Shown piece after piece: positions 12,801-27,500 of a stretch of 64,000 nucleotides of DNA. How positions within the stretch are numbered: the stretch's first letter is position 1; each line of letters opens with the position of its first letter. The notes under the pieces were generated by a model. That model ran no database searches. It saw only the letters and a program-made list of their open reading frames with translations, and was not told where the DNA came from. A program made the position numbers and the translations under genes. This DNA is from Lytechinus pictus (taxonomy: Eukaryota): NCBI RefSeq assembly GCF_037042905.1, contig NC_087245.1:32490001-32554000 (forward strand), given 5' to 3'.

Positions 12801-15053
12801 ATGTATTGTGAACGCAGAAATAAAAATAAAACTAATTATTAATTCATTCTTATTTTTCCTGATAACTTCACTGCGCAGTCCTGGGGAAACTACTGTTTTT
12901 TTGTTAATTTTATCTGAGCACAATAATAATAATAGTTAAATTTATATAGCGCTTATTACAATTTGTGTCTAAGCACTTAACACTTTACTTACTTTACTCT
13001 GTTTCTACTTTCAGTATTCCTTTGTGCGCACTCATCAACCAACATCTCACGCAGTTGGCGGACAAATTCAGGGCCACCAAGTTTCTTAGGAGTATATCCA
13101 CGACGTGTATACCGAACTACCCGGACAAGAACCTGCCTACATTATTTGTGTACTATGAAGGAGAGATGAAAACGCAGTTCGTGGGTCCATTGGAGTTCGG
13201 AGGGATGAACTTAACGATAGAAGGTTAGTTGGAGCATGGACCTATAAGAAATGGACGATTAACGCGATCATTCTTTTGATGCAATCATAGTCGCCGTCTC
13301 CTGATTATGTGCATATTAATGATAACATACAGGTGCTTTGACAATAGCGACTACCAAGGCGAATCTGATCTTCACAAAGGAATGTTTTGCTCTTTTTGCC
13401 GTTTGTTGGCTGATGTCTTGTAGCAGATTATACCTTTCAATTAAGATGTTTCAGATTTGGAACAGCAAATTGAGAAGCAGACGATTTTTGTGATATCAAA
13501 TTTATTATTATCGATTTGCACGCTTCTGCACACTCATAATGACTTTTCTAACAACCAGAGGGGGACGACCCCTACAAGAAACCCACCATGTTTCTCTGGA
13601 ATATTATGAGGAAATCTTTAAAATTTGATTATAAATTACAATCAATCAATTTCATTTTAGCCTCTATCTTGAAATATTCATACATTTTTCCAAATAAAAA
13701 CCATGGAACTAAGATAACCATTTGTAAACCAGAACTGCACATTAATTTCCGAGAATTCAGGTAATTTATTACCTTCTGCGCATACAATTTGTCTAATGTT
13801 AAATGTCTAATCACCGAAAGCTTCTGTAACTCATGGTTTAATTGACGGCGACCATGATGGTATCACAGGAGATAAATATGAAGAGAATGTTATTCACATG
13901 ACAATGACAGTCAGATGTTAGTGAATTCATTAACTAACCGATTAATGTCCAGCTTTCATAGGTCTATGGTTGGAGTGTCATCAGCTGGATAGCAACCTGT
14001 ATCCCTCTTTGTCACTTGTTTTTCTCCTTTACTTCTGAATGACCCGTATTCTGAACTCCGGTTCAATTTAATCTCTGGGGCCTGTCTTACAAAAAGTTAC
14101 GATTGTATTGATCCAATCAACTGTAACTCTATGGAAATCCATCAGGGTCATAATTTTTTCGACTTGAAATTTGCACAATGTCCTTTGTAAACAAAGAGAA
14201 CCACAGTGCATCTTTAAGAAAACAATGAATGCATGAAAATACATCATAGCTAGGAAATATTTTGAACAAGCATGCGTAATACATGTTGACGTTGATGGCC
14301 ATCTATAGTTGCGATTGATCGTATCAATTGCAACTCTTTGTAAGACGGGGCCCTGGTTTAAAGTTGTGGTTTAACTATGGATAGCCAAAGATTACACAAC
14401 TCTATGTAAACCAATACAGGTTCAATTTGTCAGATTAATTGATATTCAATTTATTCATAACTGTCTGGGAATAATAACTAAAGTAGTTTCCTTCACTGAT
14501 AAAACATGGGGACAGAACATGATAAAGATGAGAAACTTACAATGTGAACAAACTGAGCTATCTGGTGTCCTATGATTTAAGCACAGAGTATGAACGTTGC
14601 CACAGATAAACTGTACTTTACTGGCCATTGGACTAACAACTTTCGCTCCTGTTACAATTGCTACTCTGCTTTTTCTCTTTGAGGTATAGGGTAAGGTTTA
14701 GGCTTGTGATAGGGTTTTCTTTGTCCAGAATAATGTGAGGATTAGGGTACATTAGGTTTTATGTTAGGCTTAATGTGAGGATTTTCTGTAGAAGCCATTG
14801 TTGCAGGAGCATGTGTCAGGGAACCATTAATCTGTTTCTTTTTATCTTTCATACCTATTTCTCTCCATGCCACTCTAATGTTTCTCTCGATGTTTCTTCA
14901 CCTTTGCTCATAGAGCTGGAGTGGAAGTTAGCTGAAACGGGAGCTATGAAAACAGACATGAAGGAGCCTCCTAAGCCTCAACTCAGGAACACCCTCACCG
15001 TCTTCTCAGGGCGAGGCCAGAATGCTGATGATTCCGACGACGACGACTACTGA
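6881..15053 (+). CDS. PDCL3: Phosducin-like protein 3 (viral IAP-associated factor homolog), 240 aa; join(6881..6886,10435..10576,10867..10948,11504..11647,13015..13223,14914..15053)
   Basis: Spliced translation [24 protein letters not shown]...[31 protein letters not shown]...[34 protein letters not shown]...[16 protein letters not shown]...|[10 protein letters not shown]...DDSDDDDY* matches the hallmark PhLP2/PDCL3 motifs. All introns are GT-AG and phases are consistent (723 nt). Confidence 0.95.
7851..8433. mobile_element. Non-autonomous Kolobok-like DNA transposon, family A copy 1 (PDCL3 intron 1)
   Basis: TTAA|AGGACAAGTCCACCC ... GGGTGGACTTGACCT|TTAA: TTAA TSD with AG...CT termini and long internal inverted arms. 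Confidence 0.85.
9874..10150 (+). mobile_element. tRNA-derived SINE
   Basis: A-box-like GGTCTAGTGG and B-box GGTTCGAATCC, body CACCCAGGTGAGGTAAATGGGTAC, tail CCTTGAGCAC...CGCTATACAAATCCTATATTATT. Related copies at 39111-39394 and 62750-62895. Confidence 0.8.
10978..11250 (-). mobile_element. L2-like LINE 3' end in PDCL3 intron 3
   Basis: Minus strand: CCTTGAGCATCTAATCAAGATGGAAACTGCGCTATACAAATG followed by a (TAT)n tail; similar to the tail at 43645-43711. Confidence 0.55.
14078..14352. mobile_element. Harbinger/PIF-like MITE copy 1, apparently nested in an older element
   Basis: CTG|GGGCCTGTCTTACAAA ... TTTGTAAGACGGGGCC|CTG (3-bp CWG TSD); closely similar to 17432-17696. Confidence 0.8.
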
Positions 15054-17431
15054 AGACTGCCAAAAGGGGTGGAGGTTCCCGGATTCAACTCGTCCCTTTT
15101 GCTATTTGACATGGATATTATCCCCAAGTTTCGTTCTGATGCAAACTACCTAGTGACAGCTTTGGTAGTTCTATTACATTGCCATTCTTACAGGAACTCT
15201 GTCACCATCTTTGCAGGGCTTGACTAGATTATTCGTGATCTTCAGAAAGGATTTCTTAAGACTTTCTCTGGCATTGAATTTAACTTCATCTGTTCAGTAC
15301 AACTCACAGGTCAACAGGTGTTTCCCTTTTGATATTTATTATTAAGCATTTTGCAGTAAAGAACTATTTATAACATTAACTTCAACCATGAGACCAAAAT
15401 GGAAACAACCTTGCCATCTTTGTTCGGTGTGACTGGTATGTAGTTAACTTTAAAGAGGATATGTAAAATAACTGTCTTCCAAACTGAAAATAGTACAATA
15501 TTTAACATATCAAAGCATTCTTTTGCTCTGTGACCTTATAGTTTCCTACCAAATGGAATATCGTTTAAAGCAGATTATCGACAAAGCCGATCAGTGTTGA
15601 CAAGCTATACAACATTTTGAAGCTATCGCTTAGAATGCTTTTCATAATTGGGGGCTGTTTCCTATTAGGAACGACTAACCAGTGTTACAGGGAGTGTTTC
15701 ATCATAATCTTCTGACAACTTTCCTTTATTTCCATTGGCTTAGAAGCACAGGTGTTTGACTAATAGGCTAAAAAAAGTTGTATTCATGTATTCTCACCCT
15801 ACACTACAAATACCCCATACCAGAGCTATTGTTTATAAATTATTTATTGCTATCAATATCGGGTATAATCACTCTACAGTGGCATTGAAGTTTGCTGTTT
15901 TGAAGTGCTGAGAAACAGCTAATGTACATGTGTAATTCACCAAGTGTAAGCATCAAACAGTAAAATTGGGTAAAATAAGTTCGTCCTATACGTGGGTTCT
16001 TCCTGAAATGATTTTTCTCCAGTTTCTGGTTCACATGGAAAAAGTGTAACGCTTTCAAATTATAATGGGTTCAGCCATTCATGAAGTGACGTAAAAAATA
16101 GGGAAAATTGGGTTGGTAGTGCAAGAAGGTTTATTACTTTTAATATGGAATTGCCTAAAATCAAAGTCAGGAATGATCGAGTATGTAGGTGATTGCAAGT
16201 ACTATATAATGATAGTTTGGAACTCGAACTTAGACCCACTTCTCATCTACTGGCTGAAACTAGTGAAAACCAGTTTAATATGTAATGGGAACGCTTGAAG
16301 CGATCTTGGAAGTGATATTAAGTGGTCTTCCAAACCAGTTTGAAAAACCACTCTCAATGTGGTTTTCAAGACTGCTTTATTTGCCTCGTTTAACTGGTTT
16401 AAGCGTGGATGAGGACACAATCGTTCTTCGCACAAGTATGGGTGCATGTTAGACACACTAGTACTAAGTACACACTGGGTGATTTCAAGTTCAGAGTTGA
16501 CCTTTAGGTGTTGGGTCAATTTTTACACAATTATAACGCCAAACATAATATGAAGATGGTCCCGAAAAGTCACTCACTAGTTGTTAAGATGTCCATAATG
16601 TGATCTGGATCAGTTTTGCAAACTCTGAATAAGTTTTGGAGCTAGGGGAAGCAATTCAAATTTCAACACCAAGGCCAACACCGGACTTGAAATCACACAT
16701 TGTGCGTAGAATGCCTACGCTGCGGTTTCAAATTTTGTGCGAACATGTGACCCCATGGAGATGGAGATGAGAATGCTAGCATACCAATCTTCTAAACGGG
16801 TTTCCTCTAGGGGAAAACCAGTTCAAGAAAGTATGATGAAAGTAACATGATGAAAACTAGTGTATGATTGATATAAGACCATCAAAAGATGGACTGTATT
16901 GTGTAGAAGTAATCTTGATGAATTAAAATTAATGTCTCCATAAAACTCATTGTGCCATGTCTTCCCATCATTGAAGTCAGGAAATTCATTCATGCATGGT
17001 TTATAATTATAATGTGTTGAGATAACAAATCACACAATGAACTGAGACTGAAACATAAATGATTAATTAGCTTGCCAAGTCAAGCGTTATTTTCAACCCA
17101 TGGTCATAAAATTGTAGTTATAAGATATCACTCACTTGATGTCACTGGTAGAAACTATGAAGTCATTGAGATGACTGTCAATAATATAAAAAATAAAAAT
17201 AAAAACTATTAAAGAGACTTCTTAATCATGCTTAATATTTTTTTTTTATTATTTCTTTTGTATCCTACTCTTTAAAGTACGAAATTGATATATTACAATG
17301 TGAATGGAATGAGTACATAAAATGAATAAGTATATGTATTCATTTATATATCAGGAAAAAAACAGCTGAATAGTTGCGCCTCAAATTATTAGACTTCATG
17401 TAATTACTGGTTCGGGAATGGTTTACATCAG

Positions 17432-17696
17432 GGCCCCGTCTTACAAAGAGTTACAGTTGATCCAATCAATCGTAACTCTATGAAAATCTATCAGTGTCAT
17501 TTTTTCTACAGGAAATTTGCACAATGTCCTTTATAAACAAAGAGAAGCACAGTGAATTTTCAAGAAAACAATGCATGAATATACATCAAAGCTGGAAAAT
17601 ATTTCGAACAAACATGCATAATAGATGTTGACGTTGCTGGCCGTCCATAGTTGCAATTGATCGGATCAATCACAACTCTTTGTAAAAGACGGGCCC
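17432..17696. mobile_element. Harbinger/PIF-like MITE copy 2
   Basis: CAG|GGCCCCGTCTTACAAAGAG ... CTCTTTGTAAAAGACGGGCCC|CAG (CWG TSD). Confidence 0.8.
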
Positions 17697-20600
17697 CAGA
17701 ATTTATGACCATCTGGTACATGAACCCCCTCAGGCCCAATTGCTTTCCAAGCATACTTCAAGATTGGTTTGTGTATGTGTAGGGGGCGAGGATTGGGGTG
17801 TTATCAAGTTACTCATTACTTTATCCACAATTGACTGAAATATGGCAAGCCAAAATGTTTGTCAAAATGATTTTGAAACCATTACCATTTTTGTTACGGT
17901 CAAAAAAAAAAATCTGGGATATAAATTGTATAGTGCTGGGTAAATATTGAGGGCTCATATTTTGCTATTTCATATTCCAATATTTCATAAAGTCGTGCAC
18001 AACTTTACAGGTGGCTGTATGAAACTGGCCCTATTTCAAGGATGTTATATACACATCTGTATTTGTGTCAGGTAGTAATGAATTAACTAGAAAAGTGACA
18101 AAAGTTAAATGCTGCAAACAATTGCTAATCAAAGTTATAATTAAAAATACACAAACATCTTTCTAGGCAGATTAAAATGTTGGGAGCAATATTTCTTTTG
18201 TCATGATATGTATAAGAATTTCAAGTTACTTATGTGTATGTTCAGTGTTGAGGAAAAGGCTTATATACAATGCGTGAATAGTAGAACATGGAACACACAA
18301 AGAGTTGCTACCATTTACAGAGAGATATTGGGGGGGGGGGGTTACACTGTTTTTACAAATCTGTTTTGATAATCATAATTGATAATGTTATCCTTTCAGT
18401 TTTTATATATTTAATTGTAAATACAAGCCATTTCTGAACACATTAAACATTCATTTTGTCTTGTTTATTACTCTGTTTGATATTTCATCCCTTGCTTCTT
18501 TTTCCCTTTTCCCGTTTTGTTTATTTTCGGGGCGAAATCCTCGGGGGAGGGGGGCGGGGGAGACTACCCCCTCAAGTTTCTTGGGTTCATTATGTCCCCA
18601 CGTTGGAGTAATGTGTTGTGTAAAAGCTATATCTGTGCAATGCCGTGCTAAACATCGGCAACTTTTTAAGGTTTAAAATGGCTGAATTGATCTCGATAGC
18701 TTCCACTGGGGACCCCACATGCATATAGTGCTTTTATCTGATGCGCGCCTGGTGTGCGCTACGCGCAGATTTATATTTAAAAAATCCTGTTCATTGCATG
18801 TTTGTTTTAATGTATATAAAGCATGATATGACCGGGAAATTAATGGTTCTTGGCAATGCCCCCCTCCTCCACCGACCCCTGTGGCAATTGGGTAGTTGGT
18901 TGTGCTGGAGATGACGGTGGTCTTGATGACAATGAATAGTGAGGGTGGGGTGATTATAATGGCGATGATGTTGATGATTGTGGTCAGTGGCGGCGCCGCA
19001 GGAGGGGCATGCATGGGGGACCTCGCCTTATGGGTTTTTTCAAGTTATAAAAAAGGAAAAGAAATCTGAAGAAAATGCAAAAGACGCGTATATAAAAACA
19101 GGCATACGAGGTCTTGGGGTTGTTACGCTTTATCACCTCTGTAATTTATACCAGATAAAAAAAAGGCCGTCTTGCCCCCAATCCAATTCCCCGACGTCGC
19201 CCTGGTTATAATGGAGATGATGATGTTGAGTGTTTATATTGAAGGTGGTCATAATGGAGGGGCGGGTCCCATCTTCGCCACTAACGGGAGGGAGAAATTT
19301 TTCATCCAAATAAGCCAGTTCGTAGTTCCTTTCTGCGCATGATCAGAGGAAGGCCATTGGTACTAAAGTGACATGGTGGTTTAAAATTTAATGACATAAG
19401 CACCAACTTTGATGCCTTGATTATTCATATTTTCTTTTGATCATGTTTTTCATTTACATCCACAAAAAACAACAATGCGTCCACGAACGCCTGGTATTTC
19501 ACAGTTTGCCAAGTACATTGTGCAACATGCTATAATATGCATTCAAAGTAGAAATCAACAAATACCTTCATAAAGGGTTCATAAGTGTGCTAATCTAGTC
19601 ACCTGGTCTACTCAATTTCTTCATCCTGCTATGTAAGGCATGCTTACGTAATATCTTGCTTTGAAATCTGCCTCTCATAATGAAAGAAAATGAAAGGTCA
19701 TTTGACCAAAATTGTCCATGATGTAACTACGAACAGTTCTATTTCCCCGCTTAGCCCCTGAAAGCTTTTCTTTTTTGACAGAGTCATCCTCTCTAAAGTA
19801 AAGACTGAAGTTTTAGGTACTAGTAGTTATACTAGTACAAATTTGTGGATATATTGTGTGATCAGACCTGAATATTGTACATTCTGAGCATTTTCTTAAT
19901 TAAGACCAAGATGTGTATCTAACTTGACGCGAAGCGCCTGGACTGATTTTTTTAAAATACACTGATCCGAAAAGGGACCTGTTTGGAACTGTGTGCAGTT
20001 ACTCATGAGGAGAATACAAATCTCACCAACCAAATAATGCTAGCGCGAAGCGCGTGCAGAAAAAGTATTGATACTCCGACCTGAAAAAGCTTGACAATAG
20101 CTGTCATAAATAATAAAACCTAAAGATTTGACTACATTCAGCCCAAATCAAAGAAATAACCTGTCATATACAAGCATCCTTGTTTAAAGTGAACTAAGAC
20201 GTAGTCAACGAACACAGTAACTTCACTGCACAATAAACATTCCGGTTTAAAGTTGTTTATTACAAACTGTATGATTTCGATTTTCGAATCATATTCATTT
20301 CAATGTTATTCAACATAATTTCATGACAAAATATATTGAATTTTCTTGTTATTCAAAATTAGTTTCATTTTATGAGTTAAGAAGTCAATATGGAATGAGA
20401 AAATATTCAATATGGAATTGGAGAAAAGAACGTTCCGAACATCATTTAGGGGATGATTATCAAATCAAAGGACTTCTCTGATTGTTTGCGGATTCAGTCC
20501 AAATGTCCATATGATTTAAATGAAGATGGAGACCAAAGAGTTGATTGGAAATTAATATCGATGACTGATGGCGTAAAACGACGAATGCCGAAGGAAAACG

Positions 20601-21061
20601 AAGAATGCCGAATGTCGAAGAATAACGAAGAATGACGAAGTGTGTCGAAGAATGACGTCATCGAAACTTGGCGCGGTGTGACGATGCACCCAGAAGCTGT
20701 CAGTAAAGCTAAAATTCAGTTATCAGGATTGCTGAAGCCTTAAAGCATAGCCCCAACAAAGACGTACTGCTCATTAGTAACATCTTCCTGACCAAAAGAC
20801 CCTTGAAAATTTAATAATATCCCATTATCCAAAATTGAATATTCTAAAGTTTCAACATTTTCAAATATTTTTTATTAATAATCATTGTTTTAGTACCCGT
20901 CTTTCTTGTTATTCATTGTGCATAGACAAAATGTACACTATTAATAATTTCTCAGTAAATTGAATCAGTCCTTATAAAGTCAACACAAAGTCACTTCTGA
21001 AAATTATCAAACAAGCACTCATCCCAACACTGTACATAGTATACTTGAGATAATTAATTAA

Positions 21062-21645
21062 AGGGATGGTCCGGGCTGAAAATATTTATATCCTAATACA
21101 TAGAGTAGAATTCACTGAGCAAAATGCCGAAAATTTCATCAAAATCGGATGACAAATAATAAAGTTATTGAAGTTTAAAGTTTAGCAATATCTTGTGAAA
21201 ACAGTCGTCATGAATATTCATTAGGTGGGCTGATCATGTCACATCTCCACTTTCCGTTTTCTTATGCATTACATAAAATCATAATTTTTTTCTTTATTTC
21301 ATACTTGTGTGAATATGTCTCCCTTATAATGAAATAAGTTGCATCAATAAATATCTAATGCACTAAATCAGTTGTCAATCCAATTTTTCTAGTTTTTGGA
21401 GGAAAAAAATTGAGTAAACCTAATTTCATATAATAAAATACAAAAGAACAAGTGGGGATGTGACATCATCAGCCCACCTAATGAATATTCATGACGACTG
21501 TTTCCACAAAATATTGCTAAACTTTAAAATTCAAAAACTTTGTTATTAATTTTGTTATCCGATTTTGATGAAATTTTCGGTATTTTGCTCAGAGAATTCT
21601 ACTCTATTTATTAAGCTATACATACTTTCAGCCCGGACCATCCCT
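21062..21645. mobile_element. Non-autonomous Kolobok-like DNA transposon, family B
   Basis: TTAA|AGGGATGGTCCGGGCTGAAA ... TTTCAGCCCGGACCATCCCT|TTAA with long inverted arms; shares the AAATTTCATCAAAATCGGAT motif with family A. Confidence 0.85.
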
Positions 21646-23046
21646 TTAAGACAATCACATATGTCTTGCCTAGCCGACTGACAAGAAGCATCGGTGTTTC
21701 TTTCATTTTCAAAGACAAAGTCTTGAGTACAACTCACTATCATAATAGTCCTTTAGATCAAGAATAATTTAAAGCTGAAATAAAGAGTGATAAGAATATT
21801 GAATAAACTCACCGCATCTGTGGATATAATAAAACTACAGAGAGTGGTTAACTAAAAGTTAAAACAAAAATTGAGGGTCGTTTCTTGCTGGCTCCTCGGA
21901 ACACAGCCTCAATCAAAGAGAAACAAAATAAATCTGAAACCACTCTCTGTGCACAGCAGCAATTAGGTGCACTGTAAACCAATATATTTCGGGTGGGTCT
22001 TGGAATCTTAAATGTTTTTGTTTTTCTTCACCCGTTGAGAACCAGGGACCTACAATAAAAGGACCTGCAAGAACTGAATTGGCCTTTAACTCTTTCTTTA
22101 TTCAAATGACTAAACGCGTAGTCCTACAATGACGAGAAATAAAATAATGTCATCACAAGGCCAAAAATGAGCAATTTAACGTTTACATCCTTTCAAACAA
22201 AACACGGCATAATCACAAACGTACAGATGGGGGGGGGGGGGGGGGGGCATGCCCCCGAATTTTTCACGACAAAGAAAAATATGAGAAAAGAGAAAGAATT
22301 AAAAAAAGGAAAGGTAAAGGAAAATTGTGAAATATAATACCTCAATTTTGATTATTTCATGTAAAGATCTATCACAAATTTGATTTTTGTGTTAAAAATG
22401 TTATTCCTCTTTTGCTCGCCGCTCTCTCGAAGATTTTGATAAATTGTGCTCCATGCTTTATGACTGGCCCCTCTTTTTTTGGTTCATTACGCTATGCTTG
22501 TGAGAACACCATTTATTATATTTTCTCTGTTAAAACTTTTCTAAGTGAAATGATTTCTTTTTCCAATTTTGTTGTAGTGACAATTTTGACACATATAAAT
22601 GAATTACTTTTCGTAACCATTATCAGAATATTTGAGTGCGAAGCGCGAGGTGATGATTTTTGTTGTTTTGTTGTTGACATGATGATGGTGGTGGTGGCGG
22701 TAGTGCTTGTGGTAATACTACATCATCGACTCATTTGCATAATTGCATATCAGATTAAAGTATATATGCACCTTTTGAATTCAAGTCTTTGAAAGAAAGA
22801 AAAAAAGGGAGAGGAATTTTTGCTCGCTTGCTCCGCTCCCTCGCAACTTTTTTATAATATAAATTTTGCCCGATACACCATATCTGGCATCCTCAAAATT
22901 TTTGGCTCATTACGCCACTGCTTGGTCCCGATAATCATAATACCATTTTTTTCATTCTCATCTGACCTTTAATGAGTTTTCATTGAACAAAATCTCGACC
23001 GTTTAATCCGTATTTGCTATTTTTATTTATTTTCCCTTCTTCTTAA

Positions 23047-23632
23047 AGGACAAGTCCACCCTAACAAAAAGTTGATTTGAATAAAAAGAGAAAAATCAAA
23101 AAAGCATAACACTAAAAATTTCATCGAAATCGGATGTGAAATAAGAAAGTTATGACATTTTAAAGTTTCGCTTAATTTCACAAAACAGTTATATGCACAT
23201 CCTGGCTAGTATGCAAATGAGGAGACTATGACGTCATCCACTCACTATTTCTTTTGTATTTTATTATATGAAATATTCTAATTTTCTCCTCATTGTCAAG
23301 TGATACAAAGATTAATTTCTCCCTGAACATGTGCAATTAGCATTGTTTAATACTATAAGGTTCAGTCAAGTTGGTCCTTATTGTCAAATCTATAAAAAAT
23401 GAAATATTGTATAATTCAAACAATAAAAAACAAAAGAAATATTGAGTGATGGACATCATCGACTGACTCACCTAGTTGTGCATATCACTGTTTTGTGAAA
23501 AAAAATAAGCGAAACTTGAAAATGTCATAACTTTCTTATTTTACATCCGATTTTGATGAAATTTTCAGTACTATGCTAGATTAATTTCCTCTATTTATTC
23601 AAGTCAGCATTTTCCTGGGGTGGACTTGACCT
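23047..23632. mobile_element. Non-autonomous Kolobok-like DNA transposon, family A copy 2
   Basis: TTAA|AGGACAAGTCCACCC ... GGGGTGGACTTGACCT|TTAA; same orientation as 7851-8433. Confidence 0.85.
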
Positions 23633-24528
23633 TTAAGTTTAAGTTATTGATCATTTACCCTCATCATCCTCTGTTAATGTATTTAATTCTAAACAACTGA
23701 AACAACTTTTTCAAGGCACGCTCACTCGCCACATTTCTCCAATAATTACACACCCATTGAAAGACGATGCCTGGTCATCATTCTGTCTTCCAACTATTGA
23801 AAATTTGCTAGCCCGCTCGCTTCGCTCGTTCTCATATTGACACCTACTGCCATTCACTACTGTATATACCAACAAATCCTTTACAATATAGCCGTCGAAA
23901 ACAAATTCGCGATAAGCCTTCAGCATAAAGATGGAAGTATTAGTGTAAACATTTACAGGAAATACCTACGTATACATTGCAAGTGATGTGATAACTACAC
24001 ACCACTTGAAATAAATTTTTGAACACCATCTTGTCTTCCAACTACTGAATATTAGCTTGCGCTTCGCTTGCTTGCATACTGATATTGACTGTAATTCATC
24101 ACTTTGTATCACAACAAATCCATTGCAATGTAGCCATTGAAAAAACATCATTGCAGGCCTTTAACTCGATGATGATTGCATTATATCTACACGGTTATTT
24201 ACCCCCATATACATATCCGTTGGTGAGGGGTGTCCCCAAAATTTTGAATTTTAAGGTGGATATGTTGATATCATCCCCCAACTGCTCTGACCGGATTTAC
24301 GCCAGAGGCATTGTTTGTTCAGATTATTGGAGAAAGTTAGCCTACGTGCAGTAGTATTTCGCCTACTTGAAAAAAAAATGCGAACACAGGAGAATAGTTT
24401 GGCTTAATTAGCAATTGTAGTTTAGTCAATTAATAGTCATTTTTATCGAAATAAACATTTTTTACCAGCTATCCCCCCAAAAAAATATATAAAAAATAAA
24501 AAAATCGTAATTTCTTTCTCTTTAATGT

Positions 24529-27500
24529 TTAGGGCTTTGGTGTGTTTAACCCGATTTCAGGCGTGCCTAGGAAATAATATTTCCAGTCTTGTGACCCATT
24601 CTTCAAGCCATAATACCCAATAGCCAGTGTTAGGAGGGTATTGAAATTGCCCGCGCCCCCGCTGTAGTCCCCAAAGCACTTTAAGTCTTCCAAATGACGT
24701 ATCATGCCATCTATGCATAAATCATATTCTGACTGGCGCAGCGACGACAAGGCGCGTCGAAAATGACGCCAAAGATGAGCGAGGTTAATGCCACGAAGCG
24801 CCAGCAGAGGAAGGATTAAAACCATGATCTTCTCCGAAAATATGATTGCATTCATCACATTGATGGTGATGTATTCTTGTGTTGTTTTGGCGTTGTGCAA
24901 GGCTTGGTAATTCCAGCTTAGGTGTACAGCGAGCCCGAGAGTTGCGAGGTTGACCGTGAACAACATCCAGTAATGAATTACGTAGTTGAAGATTTGGAAG
25001 TCACGATAGGTTTCGGATAGACGCCCTCGGCAAAAATCCAACCTACAGTAATGAAAATAACAAAAAATGCACAAGTGATAGATCGGGTCTCGCAAGTACA
25101 CCGGTGTTTGTTTCGCGATTACAATCCTACACACCTAGGTCTACGACAAAATGAAAAAAATAATTACAAAAATGATTCTTACCTTTTCTTATGTTTGACG
25201 ATAAAAGCGAGGTCGACCTCCATCTCGTTTTCAAACGATTTCCTCATGAGGAACAGAAAGGCACAGAAAGCGACGAAAACGAGGAATAAGAAAGACTCGA
25301 GCGTCGATTGGAATTCCCAAGGACCATGACTGTGTTCGACGAGGGAACCGAATGCGATCTTGATGGCGGCATCGATCATAATCCATACACAGCCAGCAAC
25401 AATGAACCAGGTGCCGTCTGGTGATCGACCACGACTTCGTGTGGATGCATTGGACAGATACTGGAGTCTGCGCATGACGTAGTCCTGATGGAGGATCGTT
25501 GGCCAACTCCGTAGTTGGGGCTTGATCTCGTTGCTTGATTGGGAAGGACTCCGATTACCTTTCATGTCAAGAGCAAAATCCAACGCTTAAATTATTAAAG
25601 TATCATAATTTTAATTATTATTGTTTGTATTCTCTTCCCTCTATGGAGATCTTCAGAGTCATATATACCTCTTGAACTCTTAAATGGAAATGATAGACGT
25701 ATTGTAGTTATAATTTGAATTATTGTGAATTCCCTTTTTATCTATGTCGGGGTTTAGTTTTTTGCAACGGCTGATCAGCAGTCTTCCATGATGATGATGA
25801 TTGATGATGATAATGATGATGATTATGATGATGATGATTTGGATTATGATGTTGATAATGATGATTATGATGACTACGACGACGGCAATGATGATGATAA
25901 ATTCTAACATCATCAGCAAATTATCTAATCATCCATTAAGAAAAAACAAAGTCTACATTGGCAAACTGGAGATCGAGGGGGAATGGAGGGGGAGGGGTAA
26001 TATAGGGCCCACTTGAAGTCCTATCGTAATTACAATATTTCTGGTCAACATACACAATCATGTATGTGTTATTGAAAAAAAAAAGCGGAATATTAAGACT
26101 TACCATTGAAGAGATGTACAAGGTGAGAATAGAAGCAAATGAGGGGAACAGATCCTATAATACCAAGGAATGAGAAATACGACGTTAGGTGCATGATCTG
26201 GTCTTTCTTGCCGAAATACTTCGTAATATAGATCGCAACAAGATATAAGGTGGCCGCCGTTAGGATTGTCATGGTAACAAAAGAGACGAGACTTCCAATG
26301 TAACGGTGCCTAGGACCATGGCCTGAAAGTGTAAGAAGAGATTTGACGGGTCACAAAGTCATTTTATTTGTTCATTTATTGGTAAAAAAAAAGGATGAGC
26401 AACAGTAGAGACTGAATTGGTCAATTTACATAAGCTGTTCCGGGAAGAATTAAATGTGTATAATGTCCTTGCAAAAAATTATAATAAACTATGTGTAGCG
26501 AAAAGGATGTAAGGAATAAATAATGCTTATAGCCATGAATATAGCCATAATATGTCTGTAAAGCGCTTAGAGACGTCGTTCCGATGTATTAAGCGCTATA
26601 TAAAAGCGGATTATTATTATTATTATTATGAACTGAAGGGAGGGGTACGTGCCGTTTAGAAATTGTCCAAACAGTCATTTTGTGAAACAATTTTGCAGAA
26701 ACATCCATGAAAACTGTGCAAGAGATCGTTATATTTGCAATCGGATAAAATGACCTCGATGGCATTATTATGTTCTTGTGGGTTTATCTCTTCTTGCCTT
26801 CCAGAATGGATCACCGAAAGATGCTACTATTACAGTTAAAATAATATATCATAATATCTTATCCACACCTAAATAATGACATCCAGATGGGGGCGCGCTT
26901 AGGGGACAATACCCGCAAAAATTTTCCCAAGGAAAAGAAAAGAAGATGGAAAAAGAAAGAATAAGAAAAGGTAGTAAGATCAATTATTTTTGTATGATGT
27001 CCAAATTTTTCACAAAATTAGATTTTCATTAAAAAAAAACACCATATGAGATCATGAAATGTTTTTCGCTTATCACGCCACTGAGCTGAGAATTAATTGA
27101 TTGATGCAATATTGCCTTCTATTGTGAGGATAGGATTTTTTTTCTTTGGAGACGTGTGGGCATGCATTGAAAGAATTAAATGATCATGTAAACGGATAGT
27201 AAATAATGAAAACGATTTCATTGTATCATTATATGACCACTACGAGCGTTTACTCAAAGCTTGCGTGATGGGGACAATGTTCAGATTGTAAAAATGACGA
27301 TGACAGTCATGGCAGTGATGGTGAAGGTTATGGCGAGGCCAAGGGCGGAAATCTCTCCCCAAAGGTAAGGGGGGGGGGACAAGGGGCTGGAAAATTTGAT
27401 AAGCAAAAAAAAAAAAGAGGTTATCACCCCAAAAAGTAAGGTCATCTCGTCCAAAATACATGTCTTATTTCGATTTTGAATAATGTATATCCTTCCATCA

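Noticed and set aside
17192..17203. PDCL3 polyadenylation signal (and AATAAA at 44871 for SLC50A1)
   Set aside because: Plausible, but AATAAA is too common in this AT-rich DNA to call without transcript data.
25680..26016. Poly-Ile / poly-Met ORFs
   Set aside because: Translations of the intronic (GAT)n microsatellite.
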